The notes: generated from the letters alone by a model not told the origin. DNA of 64,000 nt from Nitrospirota bacterium (GCA_963790025.1 CAWBMP010000002.1:708445-772444), one strand, 5' to 3'. Shown: positions 35,930 to 45,889, numbered from the stretch's first letter. Made by a program: numbers and translations.

Positions 35930-36365
35930 TGTCTTTTCTGTTCTCCGCCGCCCCTTTCAGCTCTTCCAGAAGCGTCAGGGTCAATTGTTTGAGCCTCTCC
36001 CTAAAAAATGATATGCCGTAAAGGGCAAAGAGAAAGCCGGAAAATGTTTCCCGGCTTTTGACTGAAACTCCACTGTCAGTTTCCCGGAATATATATTCGT
36101 GCATTGCGATAATTCCGAATTTTTCTACGCGCCATGTGATTTTCTTGCGGGGAACTACTTCTTCGATCACCGATTCAATATTAACTGGAATAAAAAAAGG
36201 TCTAATACAAAAACTGAACCTGCCGCCCACTTCAAAAAGTGGACTGGCTGATGATACTTTCTCCATAGCAGTGTTCCATTCAGACCAGCAGGTCAAGTCG
36301 GTAAAGATGTTCCATACCGTCTCTATCGGGCTCACGATTAAGATTGATTCCTCTATTACAATCAA
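35913..36365 (-). CDS. SRPBCC/polyketide-cyclase-like protein
   Basis: IEESILI.SPIETVW..FTDL..W.EWN pattern. Confidence 0.8.
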   Translation of the reverse strand: MIVIEESILIVSPIETVWNIFTDLTCWSEWNTAMEKVSSASPLFEVGGRFSFCIRPFFIPVNIESVIEEVVPRKKITWRVEKFGIIAMHEYIFRETDSGVSVKSRETFSGFLFALYGISFFRERLKQLTLTLLEELKGAAENRKDNGPKD

Positions 36366-36368
36366 CTA

Positions 36369-37331
36369 CTACCAACCTGTGATACCAGGACCATCTTTTT
36401 CCTCTGAGATCGCTATTTTAACAGCTTCTTTGAATCGTGTTTTTGTTATCTTTACAAACAAGTCAATGCTATTGTCCCTGCAGATCACCTCGTTCTTCAG
36501 TCCCTCAATCAGCGGATGGGCAACACCGGAGGGTATTGGCGTCACCAGGTCAACCCAGTATGATGACAGCATTGTAGTTAATAAGGGTACCGTGAAGATA
36601 ACCCTTTTCGCAATGCCTCTCGCCTCTGCGTACTGGTCCATCATTTCACGATAGGTAAGAATGTCGGGTCCTCCGATATCAAACCTCTTTCCAGCGGTTT
36701 CGGGATTAAGGAGACAGCCTTCGAGGTATGCGAGAACATCCCTGAGGGCAATAGGCTGTATTCTTGTATTAATCCACTTTGGGCATATCATAACCGGCAA
36801 TCGCTCGACAAGATGCCTCAGCATTTCGAACGAAGCACCTCCAGCACCGACGATGACAGCGGCTCGCAAAATTGTTGCGTCGGCCTGTCCTGAAGTGAGT
36901 ATATTTCCAACTTCTGCGCGGCTGCTGAGATGATCCGAGAGTTCCGCTCCTTCCTCACCGAGACCACCAAGGTAAATGACCCTCTTCAGACCAGCATAAT
37001 CGGCGGCGCTGACAAAATGTGTGGCCGCTGACCTGTCCTGACGGGCGAATTCAGTATTCGCGAACAGCGATTTGCCACCCAGGGAATGTATCAGGTAGAA
37101 AGCTGTGTGGATTACCTGCAGCGCCTCATCGAGACCCTTGTTGGCAAGAACGTCCCCCTCAACAACTTCGATGTCCCCGATGATGGGGAAAAGTGCGGAA
37201 ACCTTAGCTGGATTACGGGCGAGAACACGAATTTTTACATGCCTTTTTACAAGTTCAGCAACGAGTGCCCTGCCGACAAAACCTGTGGCGCCAAGGACAA
37301 GGACTTGGTCAGATGGCGTGAATTCATCCAT
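36369..37331 (-). CDS. NAD(P)H-binding atypical SDR (YbjT-like)
   Basis: LGATGFVG, YLIHSL, IYLGGLG, HL.SR.EV, QPIA..DVL.YL. Confidence 0.88.
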   Translation of the reverse strand: MDEFTPSDQVLVLGATGFVGRALVAELVKRHVKIRVLARNPAKVSALFPIIGDIEVVEGDVLANKGLDEALQVIHTAFYLIHSLGGKSLFANTEFARQDRSAATHFVSAADYAGLKRVIYLGGLGEEGAELSDHLSSRAEVGNILTSGQADATILRAAVIVGAGGASFEMLRHLVERLPVMICPKWINTRIQPIALRDVLAYLEGCLLNPETAGKRFDIGGPDILTYREMMDQYAEARGIAKRVIFTVPLLTTMLSSYWVDLVTPIPSGVAHPLIEGLKNEVICRDNSIDLFVKITKTRFKEAVKIAISEEKDGPGITGW

Positions 37332-37332
37332 A

Positions 37333-37704
37333 TCAGATTAAGGGTCTTACTTCTACCACTGTGAAATACGCTACATGTTTGACCGCCTCTGCAGCGGCCG
37401 CGCCCACAATCTCACGTGTTCTGACCTTGATGGCATCAAGCATCTCTCCAGAGTTATCAATCCCTTTGAGCTTCAGGCTGAGTCTTGCGCCGGAATACCC
37501 GGCGCGGGCATACATGTAAAGGTAAGCGGCCCTGGGATTCTCCATGACGTTGTGGTACGTCCTGCCTTCCGTCATGCCCCACGCGAGTGTTTTATCATCT
37601 ACAACGTGCGGCGTGGCGTAGATGGCGACATTGACCTCGCCCTGCACGTTTGACGTGGCGATGACTCCATGTCCTGACTCCTTGAACAGCTCTGAAAGCT
37701 TCAT
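37333..37704 (-). CDS. Pyridoxamine 5'-phosphate oxidase family (FMN split-barrel) protein
   Basis: GVIATSN..G.VNVAIYA.PH, T..N..ENPRAAYL; AAGGAG SD. Confidence 0.82.
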   Translation of the reverse strand: MKLSELFKESGHGVIATSNVQGEVNVAIYATPHVVDDKTLAWGMTEGRTYHNVMENPRAAYLYMYARAGYSGARLSLKLKGIDNSGEMLDAIKVRTREIVGAAAAEAVKHVAYFTVVEVRPLI

Positions 37705-37929
37705 GCATCTCTCCTTGTAGAAACGAAAAAGCCGGGCCAATCTTCCAAATCGACCAACGTTTGCCTTATTATAAGTTTCTAAGTCAATTCTATTCCCGGG
37801 AAGACATTCTGTCAATAATAAGTCTTTAATCGCAGTGTGACGTTTCCACGTGTTGACACACTATCCGTTAGCTTGTAACATTACCCTATAAGTCCGATTC
37901 CTCCAGATAGGATAGCAAAGGAGATAACA

Positions 37930-38133
37930 ATGCCAAAAAAAACTGCTGCAGCACCTTCTGATACCCGGTGGATGACTGAATGTGATGTCATCAGGTATAA
38001 CCTTAAAATACCGGAGGATTTGAAGGAAATGATAAAGAAAGAGGCGATGGAGAAGGAGATGGACATGAGCACTTACATTTGCGGGATCCTCGCCGGTTCC
38101 ATTAAAAGGAAACAATCACGAAAGACGATTTGA
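37930..38133 (+). CDS. Small Arc/ribbon-helix-helix-like DNA-binding protein
   Basis: RYNLKIPEDLKEMIKKEA...DMSTYI fits the RHH pattern; AAGGAG SD. Confidence 0.6.
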   Translation: MPKKTAAAPSDTRWMTECDVIRYNLKIPEDLKEMIKKEAMEKEMDMSTYICGILAGSIKRKQSRKTI

Positions 38134-38374
38134 AAACCATCGCTTGCATGGTGAGATTAAATTGCAATATCATCATCTTCCAAGAAACACCAGACAGACT
38201 GATGTGTTCAGCAAGAGCCCGTAAGCTTCCCATACCGGCTGTAAGCTTTAACTTTGATACAGATGCCTGAAGGCATCTTCGCGTCTGTTATTGACATGAT
38301 GCTGAGAGCGTAGACTTCGGCCCCGACACGGGATCTGTCAGCTTCTTCAATAAGTTAAATAGGCAGAATCAGGC

Positions 38375-38827
38375 TCATTCGGTAATGTCAAGTTCCTGCA
38401 CGTTCTGGAACCGGCTGACCATGATGTATTTTTTTACATGCACCTTGAGAAGGGCGCAGGTTGGTGATTCCACAAACTTTTTCAGATGGGGGTGCTTTTC
38501 GATATAGATATCGAGAAACTTCTCTCGTTCATGAGCAGTGACCTCCTCAGCCTCCCCGAGTGCTGTGACAGCGGCGGCATCTGAAAAGTCAGCTGCCTGG
38601 TTTGTCCTTGTGTCGATGACCATTGCGATGTCAGCGTAAGTCAGTACGTTTGCGTATTTCCTGGTTGAGCGTGTTGTTGCAAACAAAAGGTTCTTCAAAT
38701 CTGCTGTGGCTGCAAAGGCCACAAGACTCCCATAGGGCCCTCCGTCACCCTGCGTAGCGAGAACCGAAAGTTTCTGGGAATCGAGGATACCCTTTATCGT
38801 TTCCTTGATCTGATGTATATCGTACAT
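38375..38827 (-). CDS. Pyridoxamine 5'-phosphate oxidase family protein
   Basis: SVLATQ..GGPYGSLVAF, FAT.R.TRKYAN. Confidence 0.85.
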   Translation of the reverse strand: MYDIHQIKETIKGILDSQKLSVLATQGDGGPYGSLVAFAATADLKNLLFATTRSTRKYANVLTYADIAMVIDTRTNQAADFSDAAAVTALGEAEEVTAHEREKFLDIYIEKHPHLKKFVESPTCALLKVHVKKYIMVSRFQNVQELDITE

Positions 38828-39013
38828 GATATCTCAATTTCGCCCCCAACACATGCCCAAAGCATTATGCTTGGGTATATGGGCGCATACTGCAATTATA
38901 CGCTTTTTTTGACTCAAAAAGAGATATACTATAAATATAAGAATTAAGGCAGGTCGCAGGAGCCTGTCGGAGCATCAACCAAAATGCATTGCGTGGTTCT
39001 ATGGAGGGCCATT

Positions 39014-39172
39014 ATGTGCAGTGCCAACAAACCCGATCCGAAGGCCTTTATCGAAAACATGATGGGCCAATTGCCTGTTCATAAGAAGCTCTTGCTGTTT
39101 CTAAGAAACAACGCCAGAAAGATTGTCACAGTGAAGAGCTGCTGCGGCCATCCCGGTGAACCCGGATGCTGA
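39014..39172 (+). CDS. Small protein ending CCGHPGEPGC (52 aa)
   Basis: GGAGG SD; Cys/His-rich C-terminus; TGA followed by a hairpin. Confidence 0.7.
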   Translation: MCSANKPDPKAFIENMMGQLPVHKKLLLFLRNNARKIVTVKSCCGHPGEPGC

Positions 39173-39238
39173 CGGGCTTCTGGGCCAACTGCCGGTCGGC
39201 GGTAGAAGAAGGAGCATCAATTGATCATTTACCTCTAA

Positions 39239-39745
39239 TCATATCCGTGTGCTGTTATAGGCCCAATGCAACAGTGCCTGCCTCTGCTTTCTTCGACAGT
39301 TCAAGTCTCCTCTACTACAATTCTTTTCAATCTGGGCAATGTGTCTTATCATAGCCTGCCATCTTCTGATCTGGCGCAGGTCGTCAGGACATCTGCGACC
39401 CATGTAGTACCGGCAGTACCACTGAAACCATCCTCTGGGATCTTCGCGGTAAATCCAGCCTTTTTTCACCCACCAGGATAAAGGCTGCGATGCATTGACT
39501 CCAAAGCAGTTAAGAGTAGGATCGTGAAACTCATGACACAGCTTAGCACTTTGAAACCAGTCAGGCGGGAACTCACGTCGGCAGTCTGTCATGTACTTTC
39601 CCCCGAAAACACCCATTCTCAGCATATCTCCTGGTGTCAACTCGGGCCTGAATTCCGGATGAAATCCCTTCCCGATTGAGTTCGTAAGATAGTAGTTGTA
39701 CCCGGTCTGCATAAGATCGCTCACAACAATTAGTTTTCTTTTCAT
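39239..39745 (-). CDS. Conserved hypothetical protein (DPRGWFQWYCRY motif)
   Basis: PELTP.DML.MGVFGGKY, DPRGWFQWYCRYYMGRR, RQALLHWAY; function unknown. Confidence 0.8.
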   Translation of the reverse strand: MKRKLIVVSDLMQTGYNYYLTNSIGKGFHPEFRPELTPGDMLRMGVFGGKYMTDCRREFPPDWFQSAKLCHEFHDPTLNCFGVNASQPLSWWVKKGWIYREDPRGWFQWYCRYYMGRRCPDDLRQIRRWQAMIRHIAQIEKNCSRGDLNCRRKQRQALLHWAYNSTRI

Positions 39746-39821
39746 ATTTATTACTTACAGAGCGATTGTCTCCGGCTTGGCATAAAAGGCACGGGTTATT
39801 GCGCAGCCTGCACGCTCCGAC

Positions 39822-40463
39822 TCAACCATCCTCCCACTTGGTATCTGTGCTTACCGGAATCAGAATCTCATTTCTCCGCAAAAACCATGGCGTAAAGGGC
39901 GGGTTGTAACGTGCCCAGATCGGTTCACCGAGGCTTCTAAACTCTTTCTTATTAATCCAGGACTCCAACTTCTTCTTGTATCGAAGATACCTCTTTTCAC
40001 TCCAACCACCGGAGTAGCGCACGACCGCCATCCTGCAAGCCAGGACACGCCGCAACTTCACAGTGGTATCCGCAGGCTCCGGAAGGGCCTCCAAGTTGTA
40101 CGATGCTGGCATAGTGAAGGAAACCAGCCAGCCTCTTTCAAAGCGTTGCTGTCCGACCGGGACTGTCATGTTTATCTTTTCGGTAACCGGTTCCTGAGAT
40201 ACTGGAGCCGTCATCACGATTTTATCACGCGTTTGGTTTTTCCCGGATATGTACTCAAAAAGCCTGTAGAAAGCCGTGTTCCCTGCATTCTCAAGTGTCC
40301 CTTCTACCACGGTCTCCGCCACGACATGAGGAGCATAGTCGCGAATTTCGAAATTCTCGTCCTTGCTGACTACTTCATACTTTGCCTCTTCGATACTAAT
40401 GGCACAACCTCCTGCAATTCCAGTCACCAATATTATTGTAGTAATTAGAGCTATGCAACGCAT
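39822..40463 (-). CDS. SOUL heme-binding protein, exported
   Basis: FEIRDY, AF.RLF.YI.G.N, I.MTAPV, ARYNPPFTPWFLRRNEI. Confidence 0.92.
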   Translation of the reverse strand: MRCIALITTIILVTGIAGGCAISIEEAKYEVVSKDENFEIRDYAPHVVAETVVEGTLENAGNTAFYRLFEYISGKNQTRDKIVMTAPVSQEPVTEKINMTVPVGQQRFERGWLVSFTMPASYNLEALPEPADTTVKLRRVLACRMAVVRYSGGWSEKRYLRYKKKLESWINKKEFRSLGEPIWARYNPPFTPWFLRRNEILIPVSTDTKWEDG

Positions 40464-40531
40464 AATACTCTCTCAGGTGCCTGGCCATTTCTGCTGATCG
40501 ATGATTATGCCAAGTTCCTGTCCCGTGTTTT

Positions 40532-41884
40532 CTATTTGCCCTGACATACAGGATCCTGTGACGCATTAAATGGGCGTTCTGGCCGCATAAAGATAGTCAA
40601 CATCGCCCCAATGGCACAGATGGCAACACTAATATGGAAAGCAATGTCCCAACTGCCTGTACGATCTACAACAAATCCGAAGACAACCGGAGAGACAATT
40701 CCAGATAGACCGAAACCGAAATTCATCATACCGCCTGCAAGACCAGCATACTCACGGCTGATATCCATGGGTATTGCCCATATTGCCCCGACTGTGAGTT
40801 CAAGGAAGAAGAAAGAACCTCCAAGCAAAAGGGCAACATTAGTTACGTTCATCGTCAGCATAGTTGAGTAAAGAAAAATGCCGGCTATTACGAAAGAGAA
40901 AGCGATCAATGCATTCCGTGCAAGGCGCCTGTTTCCTGTCTTCATAAGCATCCAGTCGGAAAGTATGCCGCCGACGGCGTCCCCAAAAACGCCGGCGCCG
41001 AATGTCAGCCCCGTAAGCAGAGCCGATAATTTCAGATTCAGTCCATGTTTATTCATAAAATATAGCGGTATCCACGAGATGAATACCCACAGTACCCATC
41101 CGTAACAAAAATCTACTGCCATTACCGGCAATATTCTCTTTTCAAGAGACGCAAAAGGGGTGTGGACACACCTAACAGTCGCTGAAAGCGGTTTAAGTTT
41201 GGATAGTTCAGCCTTGGTGATGCTGGGATGATCCATGGGATCGTCACGGAAGTACATCCACCATATTACAACCCATACAAAGAATACGAGTCCGCAAACC
41301 CAGAAAGACATACGCCAACTGCTGACATGTATAAGCCAGGCAACGACGGGTGGGGCTACAGCTCCTCCCAGACGTGCAGAGCTGTGCGCAATCCCCTGAA
41401 TAAATCCGAAGCCTTCTTCTGGATACCAGTTTCTCATCGCCTGCGTAGCCGCTGAAAAAGATGGGCCCTCGCCAACGCCCAACAGCAGGCGCGCTACAAA
41501 AAGGCTTACAAGCCCGGCTGCAAATCCAGTGGCAACAGTAGAAACCGCGACCAGTAAACCACAAAAGGTCAGGGTGAGACGGACTCCGATCTTGTTTGCG
41601 AACCATCCGCCGAATATCTGTCCTATAAGGTAAGGCCACGAGAATGCCGAGAATGCTAACCCCAGTTCCGTGTGGCTCATGGAAAATTCTTTAATCATGT
41701 CTCTTGCAGCTATGGAGATATTGACTCGATCCAAATACATTAATCCGTACATGAAACTAAGAATAATTGTCATCCATGCAGTAGCGCTTATATTGCTCTT
41801 CCGAGGACGGTGAGCAGCTAAACCTGATCCAGCTTCCACTGGTACTTTCTCAGAAATTGGATCGTTGTGACGACTGGCAGTCAT
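40532..41884 (-). CDS. MFS transporter, ACS (sugar-acid) family-like
   Basis: YLDRVNISIA, RLLLGVGEG, WR.SF, AGGMMN; about 12 transmembrane segments. Confidence 0.9.
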   Translation of the reverse strand: MTASRHNDPISEKVPVEAGSGLAAHRPRKSNISATAWMTIILSFMYGLMYLDRVNISIAARDMIKEFSMSHTELGLAFSAFSWPYLIGQIFGGWFANKIGVRLTLTFCGLLVAVSTVATGFAAGLVSLFVARLLLGVGEGPSFSAATQAMRNWYPEEGFGFIQGIAHSSARLGGAVAPPVVAWLIHVSSWRMSFWVCGLVFFVWVVIWWMYFRDDPMDHPSITKAELSKLKPLSATVRCVHTPFASLEKRILPVMAVDFCYGWVLWVFISWIPLYFMNKHGLNLKLSALLTGLTFGAGVFGDAVGGILSDWMLMKTGNRRLARNALIAFSFVIAGIFLYSTMLTMNVTNVALLLGGSFFFLELTVGAIWAIPMDISREYAGLAGGMMNFGFGLSGIVSPVVFGFVVDRTGSWDIAFHISVAICAIGAMLTIFMRPERPFNASQDPVCQGK

Positions 41885-42263
41885 GAGTGCCTCCTAAGAC
41901 TCTTGGGCAAATTCTGTTAAGCCACAGACAGATTATAGCAATGTTTCTACAGGAATTTAACACTGAGGTAACGGAACTGATTAAAAACTGATCCAGCGAG
42001 ACCATAGGATCAGGTTTGCCAGGCTTGAAAAGCTTCGGGACAAAATCCGCAGGGGTTAGAAAAAGCTGTTGGTGTTGGTAGGAGGAAGAAGTTGAAAAAC
42101 AAATTTTGATTCTTTCTTTTGGAAATTCGCAAAAAAGTGTTTACTAAGACGGTGCGGATTATTCAGAGGTTACCTATCGACGATTTCATAATTGTGCAAT
42201 TATCCGCTTAGGAGATAAAAGAAACACCCTGCGATAATATTTACCCGCAAGCCGGTGTTCTTC

Positions 42264-42690
42264 TTATATCCAGACAATGTGTATCTCTTTTTCCACTGAT
42301 TTGAACTCGGGATTGCCCGTATAGAGTTCGGCTTTTTTCTCTTTTGCGAGCGCAGCAGCAAAGCAGTCCGCAAGCGACATTTTATGTGCGGCCTTCACTT
42401 CTCCCGCAGCCTCTGCCAGCCCCTTGCCGGCTTCTATCACCTGTATTGGCAGCCCCAGAAGTTTATCCCGTACCTCCAGCCACTTTGCGCGGCCTGTCTT
42501 GCGCTCAACCATGTACCTGATCTCGGCCCAGTTTGGCGGTGCAATCATGAGAGCTTTGTTGGTTTCTGCGGCTTTCTCCATAAGGCCCAGGATTTTGTCA
42601 TGCCCGTTTTCCGGCTTTGATGCCAAAACGCTTGCGAAGCCGGACAGGAATTACAAGCTGTCCTTTGCTCGTCACTGTTGCTGATTCCAT
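42264..42690 (-). pseudogene. Internally deleted AbrB-type antitoxin / VapC (PIN) toxin pair
   Basis: 42598-42690 encodes MESATVTSKGQLVIPVRLRKRFGIKAG (AbrB/SpoVT N-terminus). It abuts an N-terminally truncated PIN frame (NWAEI, MSLADCFAAALA, LYTGNPEF). Confidence 0.85.
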
Positions 42691-42786
42691 ATATCGCCTC
42701 CTATATTTAATCTTGCGTGGTCAAATAATGTAAGTCAATATAAAAAGTTACGACAAAATAGGAATGTAAGAGGATATTATGAAGTT

Positions 42787-43692
42787 TTATTCAAACAACG
42801 CAGCGGCAAACTCGGCCGGATTGAAATCCTTGAGATCATCCACGCCCTCGCCTAGGCCTATAAGCCTGACCGGAATGCCGAGCTCTTTCTTGATCGCAAA
42901 GATTATGCCGCCTTTGGCTGTGCCGTCGAGCTTCGTAAGGGCAATGCCGGTGACGCCGACCGCCTCATTGAATATCTGTGCCTGCCTGAGCGCGTTCTGT
43001 CCGGTTGTTGCATCTACTACGAGGAGAATTTCCTGCGGGGCATCCGGCACCGCTTTTTTAATTACGCGGTTTATTTTTTTCAGCTCTTCCATAAGCTGGC
43101 TCTTCGTATGAAGTCTTCCAGCGGTGTCGATAATGACCACATCTGTACCGCGCGCCTTTGCAGCCTCAACAGCATCAAATGCAACAGATGCAGGGTCTGA
43201 ACCGCTCTGGTGCTTTATAATGTCCGCACCGGTACGCTCTGCCCATATTTCGAGCTGTTCGATCGCTGCCGCCCTGAACGTGTCTCCGGCGGCGATAAGT
43301 ACCGAACTTCCTTCAGATATGAAACGTGAAGCTAGCTTCCCGATGGTCGTGGTCTTCCCAACACCATTGACACCAACCACCAGGATCACAAAAGGCGTTT
43401 CGCCGAAGATAACAAGCGGCTGATGCGTGCCGAGCAGCGAGACCATTTTGGACCTCAGGACGTCAGTCACATCCCTGGAAGTTCGTATCTCGCCCGAGCT
43501 TACCTTTGTCCTTAGAGAGCCGATGATGTCAGCAGTAGCCTCCGCACCCATATCAGAGGTTACGAGTATTTCTTCTACAGCATCGATGGCGGCATCATCG
43601 ATGGTCCGGTTCAGCAAGACCGTATCGACGCGCTCGACAAGGTTCCTTTTGGTCCTGGAAAGACCTGCTTTTAGTTTATCGAAAAATCCCAT
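42787..43692 (-). CDS. ftsY: SRP receptor FtsY
   Basis: GVNGVGKTTT, DTFRAAA, DTAGR, TKLDGTAKGG. Confidence 0.97.
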   Translation of the reverse strand: MGFFDKLKAGLSRTKRNLVERVDTVLLNRTIDDAAIDAVEEILVTSDMGAEATADIIGSLRTKVSSGEIRTSRDVTDVLRSKMVSLLGTHQPLVIFGETPFVILVVGVNGVGKTTTIGKLASRFISEGSSVLIAAGDTFRAAAIEQLEIWAERTGADIIKHQSGSDPASVAFDAVEAAKARGTDVVIIDTAGRLHTKSQLMEELKKINRVIKKAVPDAPQEILLVVDATTGQNALRQAQIFNEAVGVTGIALTKLDGTAKGGIIFAIKKELGIPVRLIGLGEGVDDLKDFNPAEFAAALFE

Positions 43693-43708
43693 TGTCTTTT
43701 TCAGAAGC

Positions 43709-43796
43709 GGTAAATGGGTAGATGGGTATATGTGTGAATGGGTAAGTGAGAGGAAGCTCTTAACTCATAAACCCATTCACACATTCACTCGTTTAC
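43709..43796. repeat. Octamer-array (TGAATGGG) hairpin upstream of ftsY
   Basis: Left taaatggg tagatggg tatatgtg tgaatggg taagtgag; right actcataa acccattc acacattc actcgttt. Confidence 0.88.
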
Positions 43797-43800
43797 TATC

Positions 43801-45609
43801 TTATTGATGAAGATTAATGGAAATGGCATTCTTCTCTTTTGTCAGATGATATTTGGACGGCTTCAGGAGCTGAATCTTCACTGTGACCGTGCCCTTATCC
43901 TGTGCATCCTCGTTAACCTGCATATCCCCGATAAATGAGGAGGTCATCTTGTATGATTTTTCTGCCTTGCTAGTCACAGGCTTTATCTTCAGCGTCAGCC
44001 ACCTCTTGCCATCTACCATTTCGGTCGTTGCATCGTATTTCAGAGAGCTGTCGATGTTAGGTATATGTACAGTAACAACTGATTTCTTTACGGATTCGAC
44101 CAATGATATATTGGTGACTTCAAGCTGGCTCTTTACCTTTACCTTCGTTTCCTTTCCCTTCTTCTCTCCTTCTTTAGTCTCTCTTGCCTTTCCTTTTCTT
44201 GTCTTTTTAAGCTGCTTTGCAGGGGGACATACCTTGGCCTGCTGCTTTTCGGCTGCAGGAGCCTGTTTCTTTACTTCTGCATGCGGCTGGACAGGAGATG
44301 AAGGGGTTGAGGTCTTTGCAGAGGAGGCCGATATCGAAAAGGCCTCGGATTTGTTGTACTGCACTTCGACAATTGCGTTACCGTTAATGAATTCGGACGC
44401 CGGGATCTTGTTCGGCACCAGTGTTCCGCTTCCGGTAGTGGTCAGGAGCACATCCGGACCGACAAGGTTGTAATTCTTGATCACGTGGTTCAACTGATTA
44501 TAGACAGTCACTTTAAGCTTGAATTTCTGACCGGCCACTGCAGAATCGGGAGTCGCGACCTCGTATCGCTCGGCAATCGGAGTTATTACTCGAATCATCT
44601 CTGTCGTGCCTTTTTGTCCTTTGGCTGTTTCCGTGGCGATGAGCTGGATATCTTCCGCCATATCATACCGGAGGTCAACTTTTGCCTGTCCATTGATAAA
44701 TTCATAGGCAGGTATAGTGGAAGGGAACGGTCTCAATTTGCCGCTAGAGGTGATTGCCACGCCGCTCCCGGTGATTCCGTAATTCGACACAATATTGTTA
44801 AAACGGTCGACCGCAACTATATCAACCTCAAAAGGCTCGCCGGCTATAACATCCTTCGGAGTAAATAGTTTAAAGGAATTCACGGGACCGCTGGTTATCT
44901 CTATCTTGTCGCTTGCGCCGACACTTCCCGTAATAAGGTCCTTGGCTTCGATCTGGCATGAACCTGACTTTTGAGAAACGAGTATTATAGTGCTGAATCC
45001 ATTCTTGAGATCAGGCATTGACGGCATATCGATTTTGGGGTCTGCGTCGCCCTTGAAGATAAGGTTGATGTTTTTTCCCGGAACAGGGTCAAGAACGGTA
45101 TTACCGTAAGCATCTCTTGCGATTATTCTTATGTCGAAGGGCTCACCAGCCTGTGCGATGCGGGGGGCTCTTATCACAAAGGAGGTCAGCTTATTTGGAA
45201 AAACAGTCAGGTCTTTCGACATGATTGGAATAGGACTCCCGCTCTCACGGACAGAGATCGTAAATGCCTCTGCAACCTTGTCCGACAGCGTAAAGGTCAA
45301 CGACCCGTTAAGAAATGATGATGATTTAAACGCTGTGGGATTCACCACGGCTGATCCTGTGACCCATACCTGGAACTCCCTCGGCGTATCGCCGAAATTA
45401 AAAAGCACGTTGTTGAAGGCGTCCACTGCCTGCATTCTTACACTGGCATCTTCTCCTGCAACAACTTTCTCAGGAAGCACGATGTTGAAGTGATCAAATT
45501 TCCCCGGCTTTATAAGAATATCTCCGGCATGTAAAAAGGAGGGTGCAACTATGGTCAGGGTTGCCAGCAATTGCAGAAAAATTAAGAGCTTTTGCATTCT
45601 TTGTAGCAT
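43801..45609 (-). CDS. Exported protein with four Ig-like repeats, a Lys-rich linker and a C-terminal beta domain
   Basis: Signal peptide; four copies of F.i..P....AG[EQ].f.v.i.a.D.fnN about 100 aa apart. Confidence 0.8.
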   Translation of the reverse strand: MLQRMQKLLIFLQLLATLTIVAPSFLHAGDILIKPGKFDHFNIVLPEKVVAGEDASVRMQAVDAFNNVLFNFGDTPREFQVWVTGSAVVNPTAFKSSSFLNGSLTFTLSDKVAEAFTISVRESGSPIPIMSKDLTVFPNKLTSFVIRAPRIAQAGEPFDIRIIARDAYGNTVLDPVPGKNINLIFKGDADPKIDMPSMPDLKNGFSTIILVSQKSGSCQIEAKDLITGSVGASDKIEITSGPVNSFKLFTPKDVIAGEPFEVDIVAVDRFNNIVSNYGITGSGVAITSSGKLRPFPSTIPAYEFINGQAKVDLRYDMAEDIQLIATETAKGQKGTTEMIRVITPIAERYEVATPDSAVAGQKFKLKVTVYNQLNHVIKNYNLVGPDVLLTTTGSGTLVPNKIPASEFINGNAIVEVQYNKSEAFSISASSAKTSTPSSPVQPHAEVKKQAPAAEKQQAKVCPPAKQLKKTRKGKARETKEGEKKGKETKVKVKSQLEVTNISLVESVKKSVVTVHIPNIDSSLKYDATTEMVDGKRWLTLKIKPVTSKAEKSYKMTSSFIGDMQVNEDAQDKGTVTVKIQLLKPSKYHLTKEKNAISINLHQ

Positions 45610-45770
45610 AATAAAAAACCCCCTATGTTTATATTAATTTTCTGGCTATCGTATTTTTCCCCAAAAGTATATCATAAAAAAACCGTAAATAGATATTACT
45701 ATCGACAGCATATATTGAGCAGTATAGTAGCATAACAAACTAAAATTTACCACTTATAAACGTAAAAAAA

Positions 45771-45889
45771 GGCAAGGCAAAGGGCGAAGGGCCAAAGGCC
45801 AAAGGCTAAAGGTGACGGACAGGACACCGAAAATCCGAAAATATTGTTTTGCACTCAACCTTTTGGCCCTTCGCCCTTTGCCTTTTGCC
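45771..45889. repeat. Heptamer-array (AAAGGCN) hairpin
   Basis: Left aagggcg aagggcc aaaggcc aaaggct aaaggtg; 23-bp perfect inverted repeat at 45774-45796 / 45862-45884. Confidence 0.9.

Noticed and set aside
41983..42021. GGCAAACC-led hairpin on the minus strand resembling a c-di-GMP-I riboswitch
   Set aside because: Lacks the GAAA tetraloop and the GCAAAG/P3 elements.
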